The translations under genes were made by a program, and so were the position numbers. From Candidatus Calditenuis fumarioli (GTDB taxonomy: Archaea; Thermoproteota; Nitrososphaeria_A; Caldarchaeales; Calditenuaceae), in assembly GCA_030059665.1 (NCBI GenBank), contig JANVYR010000001.1, positions 96,001 through 160,000 of the forward strand: a stretch of 64,000 bases of DNA, read 5' to 3'. The notes beneath the pieces were generated by a model, which was given only the letters and a program-made list of their open reading frames with translations, ran no database searches and was not told the origin of the DNA. Of the stretch, positions 8,224-18,375 are shown piece by piece; the first letter of the stretch is position 1; each line of letters starts with the position of its first letter.

Positions 8224-10008
8224 ATGAAGATCAGGGTCGCGGTGCTGGAGCTGGAGAGGTGCCAGCCTGACAAATGCGGTACGCCCTGCATAGCCTTCTG
8301 CCCGCCGGTGAGGAACGGCATCGAGGCGATAGCGCTCGGACCCAACGGGTTCCCCTACGTGAACGAGGAGCTCTGCATCGGCTGCGGCATCTGCGTCGCC
8401 AAGTGCCCCTTCGAGGTCATCACGATCGTCAATTTGCCATCGGAGCTCGGAGAGGACCTGGTCCACCAGTACGGCGTCAACGCGTTCAGGCTTTACAGGC
8501 TCCCGCACGTCCAGAGGGGGAAGGTGGTGGGCGTCCTGGGCAGGAACGGGACCGGGAAGTCGACCGCCTTCAGGATCCTCTCCGGCCAGCTCGTCCCCAA
8601 CTTCGGCGACCTCGAGGGGAGGAAGGGGTGGGAGGAGGCGAACCTCAGGTTCAGGGGTACCGTCCTACAAGACTACTTCAAGGCCCTCGGCTCGGGGAAG
8701 ATCAGAGTCTCCCTCAAGCCGCAGCAGATCGAGCTCCTCTCGAGGGCCGTTCGGGGGAAGGTGAGGGAACTCCTGAGCAGGGCTGCCTCCGGAGGCGACT
8801 TCACCAGGGTGGCCGAGGAGCTGGACCTGGTCCACCTGCTGAACAGGGACGTCTCGGTGCTCAGCGGAGGGGAGCTGCAGCGCCTCGTGATCGCCGCCAC
8901 CATCCTGAGGGGAGGAGACGTCCTCATCTTCGACGAGCCCACCAGCTTCCTCGACGTCCACCAGCGCTTCCGCGTCGCCTCGGTGATCAGGTCCCTCGTC
9001 AGCGAGGAGAGGGCGGTCCTCGTCTCGGACCACGACCTGGCCTTCATGGACTACGTATCTGACTCGGTCTTCGTGCTGTACGGCGAGCCCTCGGTCTACG
9101 GCATAGTCTCGGGACCGTACGGCGCCAGGGAGGGGATCAACTGCTACCTCGAGGGTTACCTGCCCCTGGACAACGTGAGGTTCAGGAACTTCCGGATCGC
9201 CTTCCAGGTGAAGGGTCCGGAGGAGAGGGCGGAGGAGACCGGAGCTCCTGGGCTGTACTGGCCGGCGATGACCAAGACCTTCGAGGGCTTCAGGCTCTCG
9301 GTCCCGGAGGGATCCATCCCGAGGGGTGAGGTGCTCGCGGTCCTGGGCCCCAACGGCATCGGCAAGACAACCTTCGTGAAGCTCCTCGCGGTTCAGCTCG
9401 AGGACGACAGCGGCCTGAGGCTCGATTACGCATCGGTGAGCTACAAGCCCCAGCACCCGGTCCCGAGGCCAGAGACCGTCGAGGAGGTACTCCGGAACGC
9501 GGCGGGTGAGAGGTTCGAGGGCGAGTTCGTCCAGTCGGAGCTGATCAGGCCCCTCAGGCTGGAGAAGCTGATGGAGAGGAGGCTCGACGAGCTCAGCGGC
9601 GGAGAGCTCCAGAAGGTCTCGATCGTGGAGGCCCTCTCGAGGCAGGCGGACATCTACTTGCTGGACGAGCCGAGCGCGTTCCTCGACGTGGAGGAGCGCT
9701 ACGTCATCGCCAGGACGATACGGAGGATAGCAGCGGACCTGAGGGCGCACATCGTCCTTGTAGAGCACGACCTGATGCTGGTGGACTTCGCCGCGACGAG
9801 GGTGATGGTCTTCACCGGCAGACCCGGGATCGAGGGGAGGGCGCTGCCGCCGATGGACCTGAGGTCCGGCTTCAACGCGCTCCTCAGGGAATTGGGCATC
9901 ACCTTCAGGAGGGACCACGAGACCAAGAGGCCGAGGGTCAACAAGCCCGGCTCGAGGCTGGACAGGATCCAGAAGGAGACGGGAGAGTACTACTATCTGG
10001 CCGCCTGA
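8224..10008 (+). CDS. Ribosome recycling ATPase ABCE1/RLI1
   Basis: N-terminal 2x[4Fe-4S] Cys motifs, two ABC domains (GRNGTGKST, GPNGIGKTT, LSGGELQ twice) and RVNKPGS. Confidence 0.97.
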   Translation: MKIRVAVLELERCQPDKCGTPCIAFCPPVRNGIEAIALGPNGFPYVNEELCIGCGICVAKCPFEVITIVNLPSELGEDLVHQYGVNAFRLYRLPHVQRGKVVGVLGRNGTGKSTAFRILSGQLVPNFGDLEGRKGWEEANLRFRGTVLQDYFKALGSGKIRVSLKPQQIELLSRAVRGKVRELLSRAASGGDFTRVAEELDLVHLLNRDVSVLSGGELQRLVIAATILRGGDVLIFDEPTSFLDVHQRFRVASVIRSLVSEERAVLVSDHDLAFMDYVSDSVFVLYGEPSVYGIVSGPYGAREGINCYLEGYLPLDNVRFRNFRIAFQVKGPEERAEETGAPGLYWPAMTKTFEGFRLSVPEGSIPRGEVLAVLGPNGIGKTTFVKLLAVQLEDDSGLRLDYASVSYKPQHPVPRPETVEEVLRNAAGERFEGEFVQSELIRPLRLEKLMERRLDELSGGELQKVSIVEALSRQADIYLLDEPSAFLDVEERYVIARTIRRIAADLRAHIVLVEHDLMLVDFAATRVMVFTGRPGIEGRALPPMDLRSGFNALLRELGITFRRDHETKRPRVNKPGSRLDRIQKETGEYYYLAA

Positions 10009-11276
10009 GAACCCCTCGATCCACTCCGGTTGGGACCCTTCCTCGATCTCCTGTCAGCGAGTATCACGTACCGCCTCGGGTACGATATCTCGATGCCCTG
10101 GCGCTGGAACTCTTGCTTGATCTGGTACAGCAGCTCCTTGGAGAGCTCGAACGCGGTGGCCTGATCCTTCGCCCTCACGAGCAGCCTGAGGCGAACCCCG
10201 GATTCGCCGAGCTCCATCACGTGGACCGCAGGGAGGCCCGGCGTCGGCAGCGCCAACGGGTGCTTCTCCGCAAGCTCCTTCATGATCGCCATCGCCTTGT
10301 CCAGGTCGCTCTCGTAGGAGACGTCCACGAAGACCGGGACTAGCATAGTTGGGTCCACTATCGAGTAATTTGCGATGACCTCGTTCTGGAATATCGCGTT
10401 CGGAACCACCAGCCTCCTGTTGTCCCAGGTCCTGAGGACGGAGTGGAAGAGCCTGATGTCCTCGACGAAGCAGAACTCGTTCCTGAACATCACGGCATCG
10501 CCTATCCTGAAGGGCCTCGTGACCGCTATCATCAGTCCCGAGATCAGGTTCGAGAGGGTCGACTGAGCTGCGAGACCGATCACGATCGACGCGAACCCGG
10601 CCGCGATGAGGGAGGATGCCGCAATCCCGATGGCCTCCGGGAAGGTAACCAGCAGGACCGCGACGATCCCGAGGATCCCGAGGAAGACCACGACGGCCCT
10701 CCTGAGGAAGGTGATGGCCGTGAGGAAGCTCCTGTCGCCCTCCGCGCTCGATATCACGTGGTGGAGCACCAGGTCGACCGCCGCGGCTACTACATAGACC
10801 ACGAGGACACCGGATATCAGGTTGACGACCCTCCACTCGAACTCGCCGACGCTCGGCGCGAGGTGAGAGCGGAGGAAGAGCTGCGCGCCGAGAAGGACGC
10901 CCAGAAGGTAGACGCCGGCGTTGGTGAGCCTGCCGAGCCCCTGCAGACCGGCCCTAGCAGCCACCTCTACTGCCACCGCACCCACCACAGCCCTGACGCC
11001 GATCATCAGCCCCACCAGGAGCGCGACGAACCTGGCATTCTCCGGTGAGACGTACAGGGCCAGCTCTGAGGGAAGCGCCGGTTGCAGCGCCGCGATCACC
11101 GAGCCCAGCGCGTACCCGACCAGCACAGCGGTGACGGCCCACCTGATGCCCGAGAACAGACGGGCCGCGTACGGCCAGCGGGAGACGGACCTCAGGACCC
11201 GTTCCGAGAGCAGGAAGACCACGACCGCCAGCGCCGCGTATACGGCAGCCTCCACCAGCCTCGCCTCGGTCGCCAT
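9993..11276 (-). CDS. Small-conductance mechanosensitive channel (MscS family)
   Basis: Multiple TM segments, then IGLAAQSTLSN, RPFRIGD, VVPN, VSYESD. Confidence 0.9.
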   Translation of the reverse strand: MATEARLVEAAVYAALAVVVFLLSERVLRSVSRWPYAARLFSGIRWAVTAVLVGYALGSVIAALQPALPSELALYVSPENARFVALLVGLMIGVRAVVGAVAVEVAARAGLQGLGRLTNAGVYLLGVLLGAQLFLRSHLAPSVGEFEWRVVNLISGVLVVYVVAAAVDLVLHHVISSAEGDRSFLTAITFLRRAVVVFLGILGIVAVLLVTFPEAIGIAASSLIAAGFASIVIGLAAQSTLSNLISGLMIAVTRPFRIGDAVMFRNEFCFVEDIRLFHSVLRTWDNRRLVVPNAIFQNEVIANYSIVDPTMLVPVFVDVSYESDLDKAMAIMKELAEKHPLALPTPGLPAVHVMELGESGVRLRLLVRAKDQATAFELSKELLYQIKQEFQRQGIEISYPRRYVILADRRSRKGPNRSGSRGSQAAR

Positions 11277-11355
11277 CACCGGCAGGGGTCAGTCCAGCTG
11301 CCCTTTAGAAGCTTAGCTCTCCCCCAGTGCGGTGCGATCGCCGCGCTGCATGCCC

Positions 11356-11685
11356 TCACCTGCGACCGGGCTGCTGACCTATCTCCCGCTCCGTCTCCCT
11401 CCTCTTGACCGCCCTATCGAAGACTATCCAGTTCCTGTACCACTCCTCGTTCTCCCTCCTAAGAAGCTCCAGAATCCACGCGGTCAGCTCTTTCGCGGTG
11501 ATCCTCTCGAGGTTCCTCTCGAGCAACCTGGCCTCGACGATCTTCGCGATCTTCCTGGCGGCCTCGGGCGTCGCACCCGATTTGAGGCAGCTGACCACGA
11601 CCTTCTCGTAAATGAAGGGCTCCTCGGTCCCGTCCCGTTTGACCACCCTGATCTCTCCCACGTCCGTGAATGCGATTGCCGGCAC
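11356..11685 (-). CDS. Stand-alone ATP-cone domain protein
   Basis: VVKRDGTEEPFIYEKV motif of ATP cones; 109 aa with no catalytic domain. Confidence 0.85.
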   Translation of the reverse strand: MPAIAFTDVGEIRVVKRDGTEEPFIYEKVVVSCLKSGATPEAARKIAKIVEARLLERNLERITAKELTAWILELLRRENEEWYRNWIVFDRAVKRRETEREIGQQPGRR

Positions 11686-11752
11686 GATAAGCGTTTCCTG
11701 CAGGAACCGGTAGAGGTGAAGGGTTGATCAGGAGTCTCTGCTGAGGGGTCCC

Positions 11753-12205
11753 GTGGAGTCGCGGAAGGTCGAGAGGCATGGATCGCTGATCGCCGGGAGG
11801 TTCGTCAGGGGAAGCTTCTGGGAGGCCGTAAACCACCTGGGTGAGGTCCGGATGGTGATCCACTCCTACTCGGTCGACGTGGACGGCGGGCCGGTGATGG
11901 TGCTCCTCGGACCCGAGCAGAGGAGGGAGGACCTCAGGTGCTTCGTCGGCTTCCGGATCAGGGGCGGGTACAGGGTACCGGCGCTCGCGGCCCTCGAGGA
12001 GCGGCCAGGCCTCTACCTCGTCGACGAGGTGACGGGCCCGATTGAGGAGCACATCAGGAAGGCGACGGCGCTCGCGGGCTCTCCGCCGGAGCGGTGCACG
12101 ATAGAGTTCCTCGTCAACCCGCTGGACTACCCGGAGAGGATGCTGAGGTCACTCGTCTACGTTCCCCTCGAGGATGAGCTTCAAAGCGGCCCGCAGGTCC
12201 CGTGA
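11753..12205 (+). CDS. Hypothetical protein, possibly GyrI-like small-molecule-binding domain
   Basis: 150 aa; weak resemblance (GPIEEH, TIEFLVNP) to GyrI-like effector domains. Confidence 0.5.
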   Translation: MESRKVERHGSLIAGRFVRGSFWEAVNHLGEVRMVIHSYSVDVDGGPVMVLLGPEQRREDLRCFVGFRIRGGYRVPALAALEERPGLYLVDEVTGPIEEHIRKATALAGSPPERCTIEFLVNPLDYPERMLRSLVYVPLEDELQSGPQVP

Positions 12206-12925
12206 GTACCGCACCCCCCTCGCCTCCCACCGAGGGTCCGGGTCCCTCCAGACGATGACGGACGGAACGCCTGCCCTGAGGGCCATCTCCGCGTCGGTCT
12301 CGGGGTTGTCGCCCACCACTACCACCTCGCTCCTGTCCAGGCCCATCCTCCTGAGGGCCCTGTCCAGCATCAACGGCTCCGGTTTGCCCACCACGATCGG
12401 GTTCCTTCCGGTCACCGCCTCGATCGCAGCGACGACCGCTCCCGCTCCCGGAACGGGCCCGTGCTCCGTGGGCAGGTAGCGGTCCCTGTTGGTGGCGACG
12501 AAGAGCGCTCCCCGCCAGATGGCCCTGCACGCCCTCATCAGCTTCGAGTACGTCAGCTCCCTGTCGAGCCCGACCACGACCGCCTCCGCCTCCTCCTCGC
12601 CCACGACGCGGTGCCCGGCCCTGACCAGCTCCTCTACCAACCCCGCCTCTCCGATCGGCAGAACGCCAACCTCGCCTCGCGTCTCCAGCAGCCACCTCGC
12701 CGTGACGTAGCTCGAGGTGAGGACCTCGTCCATCGCGGCGACAATGCCCATCCCGTTCAACGCCCGGTGAAGGTTGCGGACCGAGTAGGTGGAGTTGTTC
12801 GTGAGGAAGGCGAGCCTCAGACCCCTTCGCCTGAGCTCGGAGACCACCTCAACTGCGCCCTCCCGCGGCCTGAAGGAGACGAAGAGGGTCCCGTCGAGAT
12901 CGAAGACAACGCCCCTGATCGGCAT
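12149..12925 (-). CDS. HAD-IIA family hydrolase (NagD-like)
   Basis: FDLDGT, LTNNS, ATNRD, GKP, VGDNPETD motifs. Confidence 0.93.
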   Translation of the reverse strand: MPIRGVVFDLDGTLFVSFRPREGAVEVVSELRRRGLRLAFLTNNSTYSVRNLHRALNGMGIVAAMDEVLTSSYVTARWLLETRGEVGVLPIGEAGLVEELVRAGHRVVGEEEAEAVVVGLDRELTYSKLMRACRAIWRGALFVATNRDRYLPTEHGPVPGAGAVVAAIEAVTGRNPIVVGKPEPLMLDRALRRMGLDRSEVVVVGDNPETDAEMALRAGVPSVIVWRDPDPRWEARGVRYSRDLRAALKLILEGNVDE

Positions 12926-12999
12926 CCCTGCGCACTGAAGCGGGCCGCTCATTGAACCTAACCTCTCAGTCAAATACGCCTCCGCCCATCGGGTGACGG

Positions 13000-13533
13000 A
13001 TGGGAGGCCTCCAGCTCGAGGCTCTGATGGGAGCTCTGATCTACGTCATCCCGGCGTACGTCGCGAACGGAGCTCCGGTCGTGCTGGTCAGGGCGGTTCA
13101 GAGGCCGAGGCCGATCGACCTGGGAAGGACCTTCCTCGACGGGCGCAGGGTCCTGGGCGACGGGAAGACCTTCGAGGGCCTCATCGGCGGCCTCCTCTCC
13201 GGTACCCTCACCGGAGTCCTCGTTCACCTCCTCGTCCCCGGTCTCTACAGGTCGCTTTTCGAGCCGTTTTCGCTCTCCGCAGGCGCCATGCTCGGCGACG
13301 TCATAGGGTCCTTCGCCAAGCGGAGGTTGGGGATCTCACAGGGTGGCCCGCTTCCGGTGGTGGACCAGATCGGGTTCCTGGCCGTTGCGTTGCTGCTCGC
13401 ATGGTCCCTCTACGGCCCGAAGGAGTGGTCGGACGCCGCGACGCTCTTCCTCCTTTTCTCGATCACCGCGGCCCTTCACCTCGGAACGAACGCCGGAGCC
13501 TACGTTCTCGGCCTGAAGTCGAGGTGGTACTGA
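13000..13533 (+). CDS. carS: CDP-archaeol synthase
   Basis: PAYVANG, PID.G, GDGKTFEG, GDVIGSFAKRRLG, DQIGF. Confidence 0.9.
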   Translation: MGGLQLEALMGALIYVIPAYVANGAPVVLVRAVQRPRPIDLGRTFLDGRRVLGDGKTFEGLIGGLLSGTLTGVLVHLLVPGLYRSLFEPFSLSAGAMLGDVIGSFAKRRLGISQGGPLPVVDQIGFLAVALLLAWSLYGPKEWSDAATLFLLFSITAALHLGTNAGAYVLGLKSRWY

Positions 13534-13902
13534 GTGCGGGTCAGCTCCGTCAGGGCGAGGGCCATCTGCTACGCCACCGAGTCGGAGGAGCGCGTCGCCA
13601 GGGCAGTCGGAAACGTGCTCGGCGTCGACGTATCGAGGAGGGCCAGGTGGTTCAGGACCACGGGCATCTTCGGCGAGCCTCTCTCGGTCCTCGAGGTGGA
13701 GCTGACGGGTGAGGAGGCTGCGGCCGCGGCGGAGAGGTTGCTATCGCTGCTCAGGGAGGAGGAGCTCGAGGAGCGTACCGAGAGGTCTGGCGAGGGCGAG
13801 GTGATCCACCTCAGGTTCGACAAGCAGGCCGCCTTCCAGGGCAAGCTGGTGCTGGGCGAGAGGGACGCCATCAAGGTCGAGCTGAGGAGGGTCAGGACTT
13901 GA
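13534..13902 (+). CDS. DUF54/UPF0201 putative RNA-binding protein
   Basis: ATESEERV and HLRFDKQAAFQG; usual neighbour of RNase P genes. Confidence 0.8.
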   Translation: MRVSSVRARAICYATESEERVARAVGNVLGVDVSRRARWFRTTGIFGEPLSVLEVELTGEEAAAAAERLLSLLREEELEERTERSGEGEVIHLRFDKQAAFQGKLVLGERDAIKVELRRVRT

Positions 13903-14558
13903 GGCCCTACGCGGACATCTGGTGGAGGCCCACCTCTCCGGACCTTCTGCGAGAGATGCTCGTCCTAGCTCGGGAGATGGGTTACAGGGCCGTCGCGGTC
14001 GAGGGCGACCTGACCGGAGCTCCATCGGTGGAGGGCGTAGAGGTGCTGCGCAGGGTGACGCTCAGGCCCAAAGACGTCGGACAGCTCTACTCACAGCTTT
14101 CGAGGCTGAGGTGGAGGTACCACGTCGTCTCGGTCATACCTCCAAGCAGGGAGGTGGCTATGGCCGCGCTGAGGGACAACAGGGTGGACACGGTCGTCAT
14201 GCTCGGCGACGAGCCGATACCGGTCGATCACCACGTTGCCGAGGTCGCAAGGGCGGCGGTGGAGGTACCGCTGAGCAGGCTGCTCGAGGAACCGGAGAGG
14301 TCGCTCTCATGGCTGCTGAGGTCCGCGAGGTGGTTCAGGAGGGGGAGGGTGAGGGTGACCGTATCCTCCGGCGCCTGTGGTCCTATCGAGTTGAGGAGGC
14401 CCGTCCAGCTGGCATCCGTGCTGATCGTCGCAGGCGTTGAGCCCGAGGTCGCGAGGAGAGCGGTCTCTGACCTCCCCTACAACGTCATGCGGGAGAACTC
14501 GCTTCGCCTTGCAGGACTGATGGACCCATCAGGTGTCTGGGAGGTGACGGAGAGGTGA
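13899..14558 (+). CDS. rnp3: RNase P protein component 3 (Rpp30)
   Basis: PHP-like barrel with RVDTV, VSSGA and RRPVQL; adjacent to pop5. Confidence 0.8.
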   Translation: MRPYADIWWRPTSPDLLREMLVLAREMGYRAVAVEGDLTGAPSVEGVEVLRRVTLRPKDVGQLYSQLSRLRWRYHVVSVIPPSREVAMAALRDNRVDTVVMLGDEPIPVDHHVAEVARAAVEVPLSRLLEEPERSLSWLLRSARWFRRGRVRVTVSSGACGPIELRRPVQLASVLIVAGVEPEVARRAVSDLPYNVMRENSLRLAGLMDPSGVWEVTER

Positions 14559-14872
14559 GGAGGAAGCGGAGGTACCTGGTCATCAGCGTCAGACCTCCCG
14601 ACTCCGTCGACGGTCAGAAGGCGTTCGAGGCCCTCAAAGACTCGGTTCGCAAGCTCTTCGGCGAGGTCGGTCTCCTTTCGTCGGACCTCAGGCTGGTGCG
14701 AGGTGAGGGTCACAGGATCGTGGTCAGGTGCTCCTCGGATCAGACGTGGAACGTAGTTTTCGCGGCTACGCTGGTCAGCGAGGTGGATGGGAAGAAGGTC
14801 GCCCTGGACGTCGTCAGGGTCTCGGGGACCTTGAGGAAGGTGAAGGGATTCCTCGCAGGGGATCACTCCTGA
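14555..14872 (+). CDS. rnp2: RNase P protein component 2 (Pop5)
   Basis: RKRRYLV, LFGEVG, VSGTLRK. Confidence 0.88.
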   Translation: MRRKRRYLVISVRPPDSVDGQKAFEALKDSVRKLFGEVGLLSSDLRLVRGEGHRIVVRCSSDQTWNVVFAATLVSEVDGKKVALDVVRVSGTLRKVKGFLAGDHS

Positions 14873-15735
14873 GCCCTGCCGCAGCTCGGACAGAAGACCT
14901 CCTCGTACGGCATCTGCGCGCCGCAGAACTTGCAGCGCTTCGTCAGCTCCGCTCCCTCCCTCATCCGCTCCCGCTCGAACCTCTTGGCCACGAGGACAGC
15001 CGTCTCCGTCAGCAGCACCATCGGCAGGAACAGCACGGTGTTGGCCACCAGCCAGCCGTCGGGCGTTATGATGGCGATGATGATGTACAGGATGCCGTAG
15101 ACATAGAGCCTGTTGCGGGTGACTATGGACGTGCTCAGTATGCCGAGCCTCACCAGGAGCACGAAGATCGCGGGGACCGTGAAGAGGAAGCCCATCAGCA
15201 CCACCGTCGAGAAGACCATCATGTAGTAGTCCCCTGCGGTTACGGTGAACTCGGCGCCTATCACGTCGGCGAAGAAGGCCATGAACCTGATAACCAGGGG
15301 CATAACGAGGAAGTAGCAGAACAGCGCACCGATCGCGAAGAGCCCGACGAATGCGGCCATGAATCCCCAGATGAGCCTCCGCTCGTGGGGATAGAGCGCC
15401 GGGTTGACGTACGCGTATATCTCGTAACCTATGATGGGTGAGATCGTGGCGAGCGCCATGAGGGCCGAAGCCACGAAGTAGACCTCCAGCGGAGACGTCA
15501 CCGTGCCCGCGATGATCCTCGCCCTGCCCCCTGCGAGCTCGAGCGTCTTCTCCAGCACGAGGTTGATTATCGGCCTGTAGGTCCCGGTCACCAGCTCCTC
15601 TGGATTCGGCGAGATGAAGTCCCTCGGGAAGGCCATCCAGAAGACGAGCGCAACGACGAAGGAGACGATGACGACCTTCAGCCTGTTCCTGAGCTCGATC
15701 AGGTGCTCGGTGAACGTCATCTCCTTGTCAGACAT
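14863..15735 (-). CDS. tatC: Twin-arginine translocase subunit TatC with C-terminal zinc ribbon
   Basis: MTFTEHLIELRNRL, PALYPHE, AIITPDG; the tail has CxxC...CxxC. Confidence 0.92.
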   Translation of the reverse strand: MSDKEMTFTEHLIELRNRLKVVIVSFVVALVFWMAFPRDFISPNPEELVTGTYRPIINLVLEKTLELAGGRARIIAGTVTSPLEVYFVASALMALATISPIIGYEIYAYVNPALYPHERRLIWGFMAAFVGLFAIGALFCYFLVMPLVIRFMAFFADVIGAEFTVTAGDYYMMVFSTVVLMGFLFTVPAIFVLLVRLGILSTSIVTRNRLYVYGILYIIIAIITPDGWLVANTVLFLPMVLLTETAVLVAKRFERERMREGAELTKRCKFCGAQMPYEEVFCPSCGRAQE

Positions 15736-15835
15736 GCCCCCACCCTATCCAAGTAGCCCGGTCAAAACGGTATCACATGCGAAGTTCGCGGCGGACTACG
15801 ACGACATTCGGACGACGCGAAGGCACGCAGCGTTG

Positions 15836-18322
15836 TCACCGTTGGGGCCTGAAGTCGTGGACGTAGTCCCAGAGCTCTAGGTACCGCGGGTCGATCCCCT
15901 TCTCCCTCACCGCCCTCTCCAGCTCAGCCCTGTCGGTCTCAAGCAGCAGCTGGATCAGCCTCGGCACCTCCTCCGGGTCAGCCTCCGCGAGGGCGAAGAG
16001 GATCCTGGCGTTGTGCTGGACGTAACGGGGACACAGGAGCAGCGCCTTGAGGAAATCCATCACCTGAGGTGCCCTCGACCTGTCGAACCTCGGCGCGTTG
16101 GCGACGACCTCGGCCCTCGCCCGCTCAGGCGTCGTCCCCAAAATCTTGGCCACCTCCTCCGCCGCCAGGTCGGCGCTCACCTCCCGGAAGGGGCCGCTCG
16201 CGTAGGCCCTCGAGAGGACCTCCCTCACCCTCTCAACCAGCTCCGGGTCAGCTCTGCCGGTCAGGTTCACTGCGATCCTCTCGGCGGCTATCCTGTCCTG
16301 CTCCCTGTAGAAGAGCCTCGTCCACTCGTAGTGGAGGTTCCACACCTTCTCGAAGAGCGCCTCGTCGATCACCGTACCCGCCCTAACCGGCTCCACCTTC
16401 CTCGAGAGGACGACGCCGTTCTCGGTGACCTCGGGTCCCAAGAGGTGGCCGTCCCGGGTGATCCGCGCCTTCAGCCTCAGGAGCGTCCAGAGCCACGCGG
16501 TGTAGATCCTGTAGGTTGCCAGGTCGTTCATGAAGCGCTGGTTCAGCTCGTAGTCGTCGATGGCCGCTGCGAGGTTCCCGTTGAGTATCTGGAAGGCGTA
16601 GTTGGCTGCCATGTAGAAGGCGTGCTGGACGTGCTCGACGGTGACCTCGCCGTCGGGTATCCCGTAAAGAGCCTGCCAGAGCCCTCCCCTCCCCCAGAGA
16701 CGGTCCGAGAAGAGGTCCTCGGGCCTCCGGAGAGCGGTGAGCGGGATCACCCAGGGCTTGATCCTGCCGTCCTCGGTCAGGAGGCCCAGCTCCCGGAACC
16801 TCCTCCTCTCCTCCGGCGTCAGGCCGCTCTCGGGCGTCGGCAGCCTCGTCCCGTCGACCTCGACGTACTGGACAGGCGCGTCGATCATCTTCTGGAGCTC
16901 CCTCAGGTCGGCCCTCAGGGGCTCGTTCCCCGCGGCGACGTACTGCTCCTCCTTCGTCGCTACCCAGCTCTGCCTGAAGAGGTCGTAGAGCCTACCCCTC
17001 ACCTTCCCCGAGAGGACGTCGTCGAGCGAGACCTCCGCGCCCGGTGGGAGGTCTTCCTCCGCCAGGAAGATGAGCCCGGTGAGCCTCTCCCTCAGCTTGT
17101 CCAGCCTGATCCCCCTGATGGCCCTGAGGTTGTACCTGTACCTCCTGTAGTAGTCCGTCTGAGGGTAGAGCATGACCGCCGCCATTCCACCGACAGGGGC
17201 CGTGACCGCCTCTCCGTCCCTCAGCCCCGCGATCAGCATGAGGAGGGCGTTGTACCGCTGGTAGGCCATCATGTTGGGTGAGGTCATCGTGACGTTCTGC
17301 GGGTCGGGGTAGTTCCTCTCGTCCTTCCACATCTCGATCAGGGACCCGAGGTAGTCCCAGCGGCCGTTGCTGGACTTCACCAGCCTCTCCCTCCAGATCC
17401 ACATGATCACCGGAAGGTAGAGGCCAGCGACCCCCTCCTCGTAGAGCATCGCGATCTTGATCTCGCCCGTTCTCAGACCCATGTAGCCCTCGAGCCCCCT
17501 CATCAGCTTCTCGACGACGAGGGCCTCCTGTGGGGTCATCACCTTCGGAACGTAGAAGTAGATCCCCGAGCCCGCGGACCTGAGGGACTCGTAGTTGTTG
17601 AGCGCGTAGATCACCGAGGAGACGACGATCGCAGGTGCGGGCTTTCCGTCGACGAGGACGTAACGGTCGAGTAGGTGGATGCCGGGAATCCTGTGGAAGA
17701 CCGCAGGCCACTGGGACCTCGGTTTCCTGAGCTCGTAGACCTTCCCGCCCTCGAGGTAGGGCCTGGGGACCCTGCCCTCGAGGACCCGCTTCACGTTCAG
17801 CCTACCCGCCCACACCGGCGGCGCCCTCAGCCCTGAGCCGTAGGGCACGTACCAGGCGGGTGAGGCGTCCTCCTCGTCCTCGAAGGCGGTGACCACGTCA
17901 GCGTTCAGCTGGTGGATGGCCCTGCTGAGGGGGTACCAGGGGCCCGTCAGCTCGAGGCCCGCCCGCCGGACGGGGTTGATCTCATCGGGGACCGGCACGT
18001 TCTCGTTCAGGCGCCAGCGGAGCGGGGTCTCCCTGCCGTGGAGGTTGTCCAGCATCCCCTGCACGATCTCCCTGAAAGTCCTTGTGTTGCCGTCAGCATC
18101 GGTGAACCTCTCCTCCCAGTCCGGGAACCTCCACTTCTCCACCACCGGTCTCGGGTCGTCGAGCAACCTCCTCCTCAGCGCAACCGCAGCGTCGATCTCC
18201 GGCCTCAGCCTGACCGTCAGCTCGCCGATGACCTGCTCAACCACAAGCCTCCTCCCGTTGACGACCTTCTCCCCCAGCAGCTCTCCGTACTCGGACCTGT
18301 CGACGAGGACATCCACCTTCAA
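15836..18322 (-). CDS. Malate synthase (long, about 830 aa crenarchaeal type)
   Basis: ELTGP, FEDEEDA, YFYVPK, GRWDY, PVGGMAA, MNDLATYRI. Confidence 0.85.
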   Translation of the reverse strand: MKVDVLVDRSEYGELLGEKVVNGRRLVVEQVIGELTVRLRPEIDAAVALRRRLLDDPRPVVEKWRFPDWEERFTDADGNTRTFREIVQGMLDNLHGRETPLRWRLNENVPVPDEINPVRRAGLELTGPWYPLSRAIHQLNADVVTAFEDEEDASPAWYVPYGSGLRAPPVWAGRLNVKRVLEGRVPRPYLEGGKVYELRKPRSQWPAVFHRIPGIHLLDRYVLVDGKPAPAIVVSSVIYALNNYESLRSAGSGIYFYVPKVMTPQEALVVEKLMRGLEGYMGLRTGEIKIAMLYEEGVAGLYLPVIMWIWRERLVKSSNGRWDYLGSLIEMWKDERNYPDPQNVTMTSPNMMAYQRYNALLMLIAGLRDGEAVTAPVGGMAAVMLYPQTDYYRRYRYNLRAIRGIRLDKLRERLTGLIFLAEEDLPPGAEVSLDDVLSGKVRGRLYDLFRQSWVATKEEQYVAAGNEPLRADLRELQKMIDAPVQYVEVDGTRLPTPESGLTPEERRRFRELGLLTEDGRIKPWVIPLTALRRPEDLFSDRLWGRGGLWQALYGIPDGEVTVEHVQHAFYMAANYAFQILNGNLAAAIDDYELNQRFMNDLATYRIYTAWLWTLLRLKARITRDGHLLGPEVTENGVVLSRKVEPVRAGTVIDEALFEKVWNLHYEWTRLFYREQDRIAAERIAVNLTGRADPELVERVREVLSRAYASGPFREVSADLAAEEVAKILGTTPERARAEVVANAPRFDRSRAPQVMDFLKALLLCPRYVQHNARILFALAEADPEEVPRLIQLLLETDRAELERAVREKGIDPRYLELWDYVHDFRPQR

Positions 18323-18375
18323 GGCCCCACGCCCTAATTCATGGGTACCCTGTTTTTTCCCTTCCGTTGAGAGGT

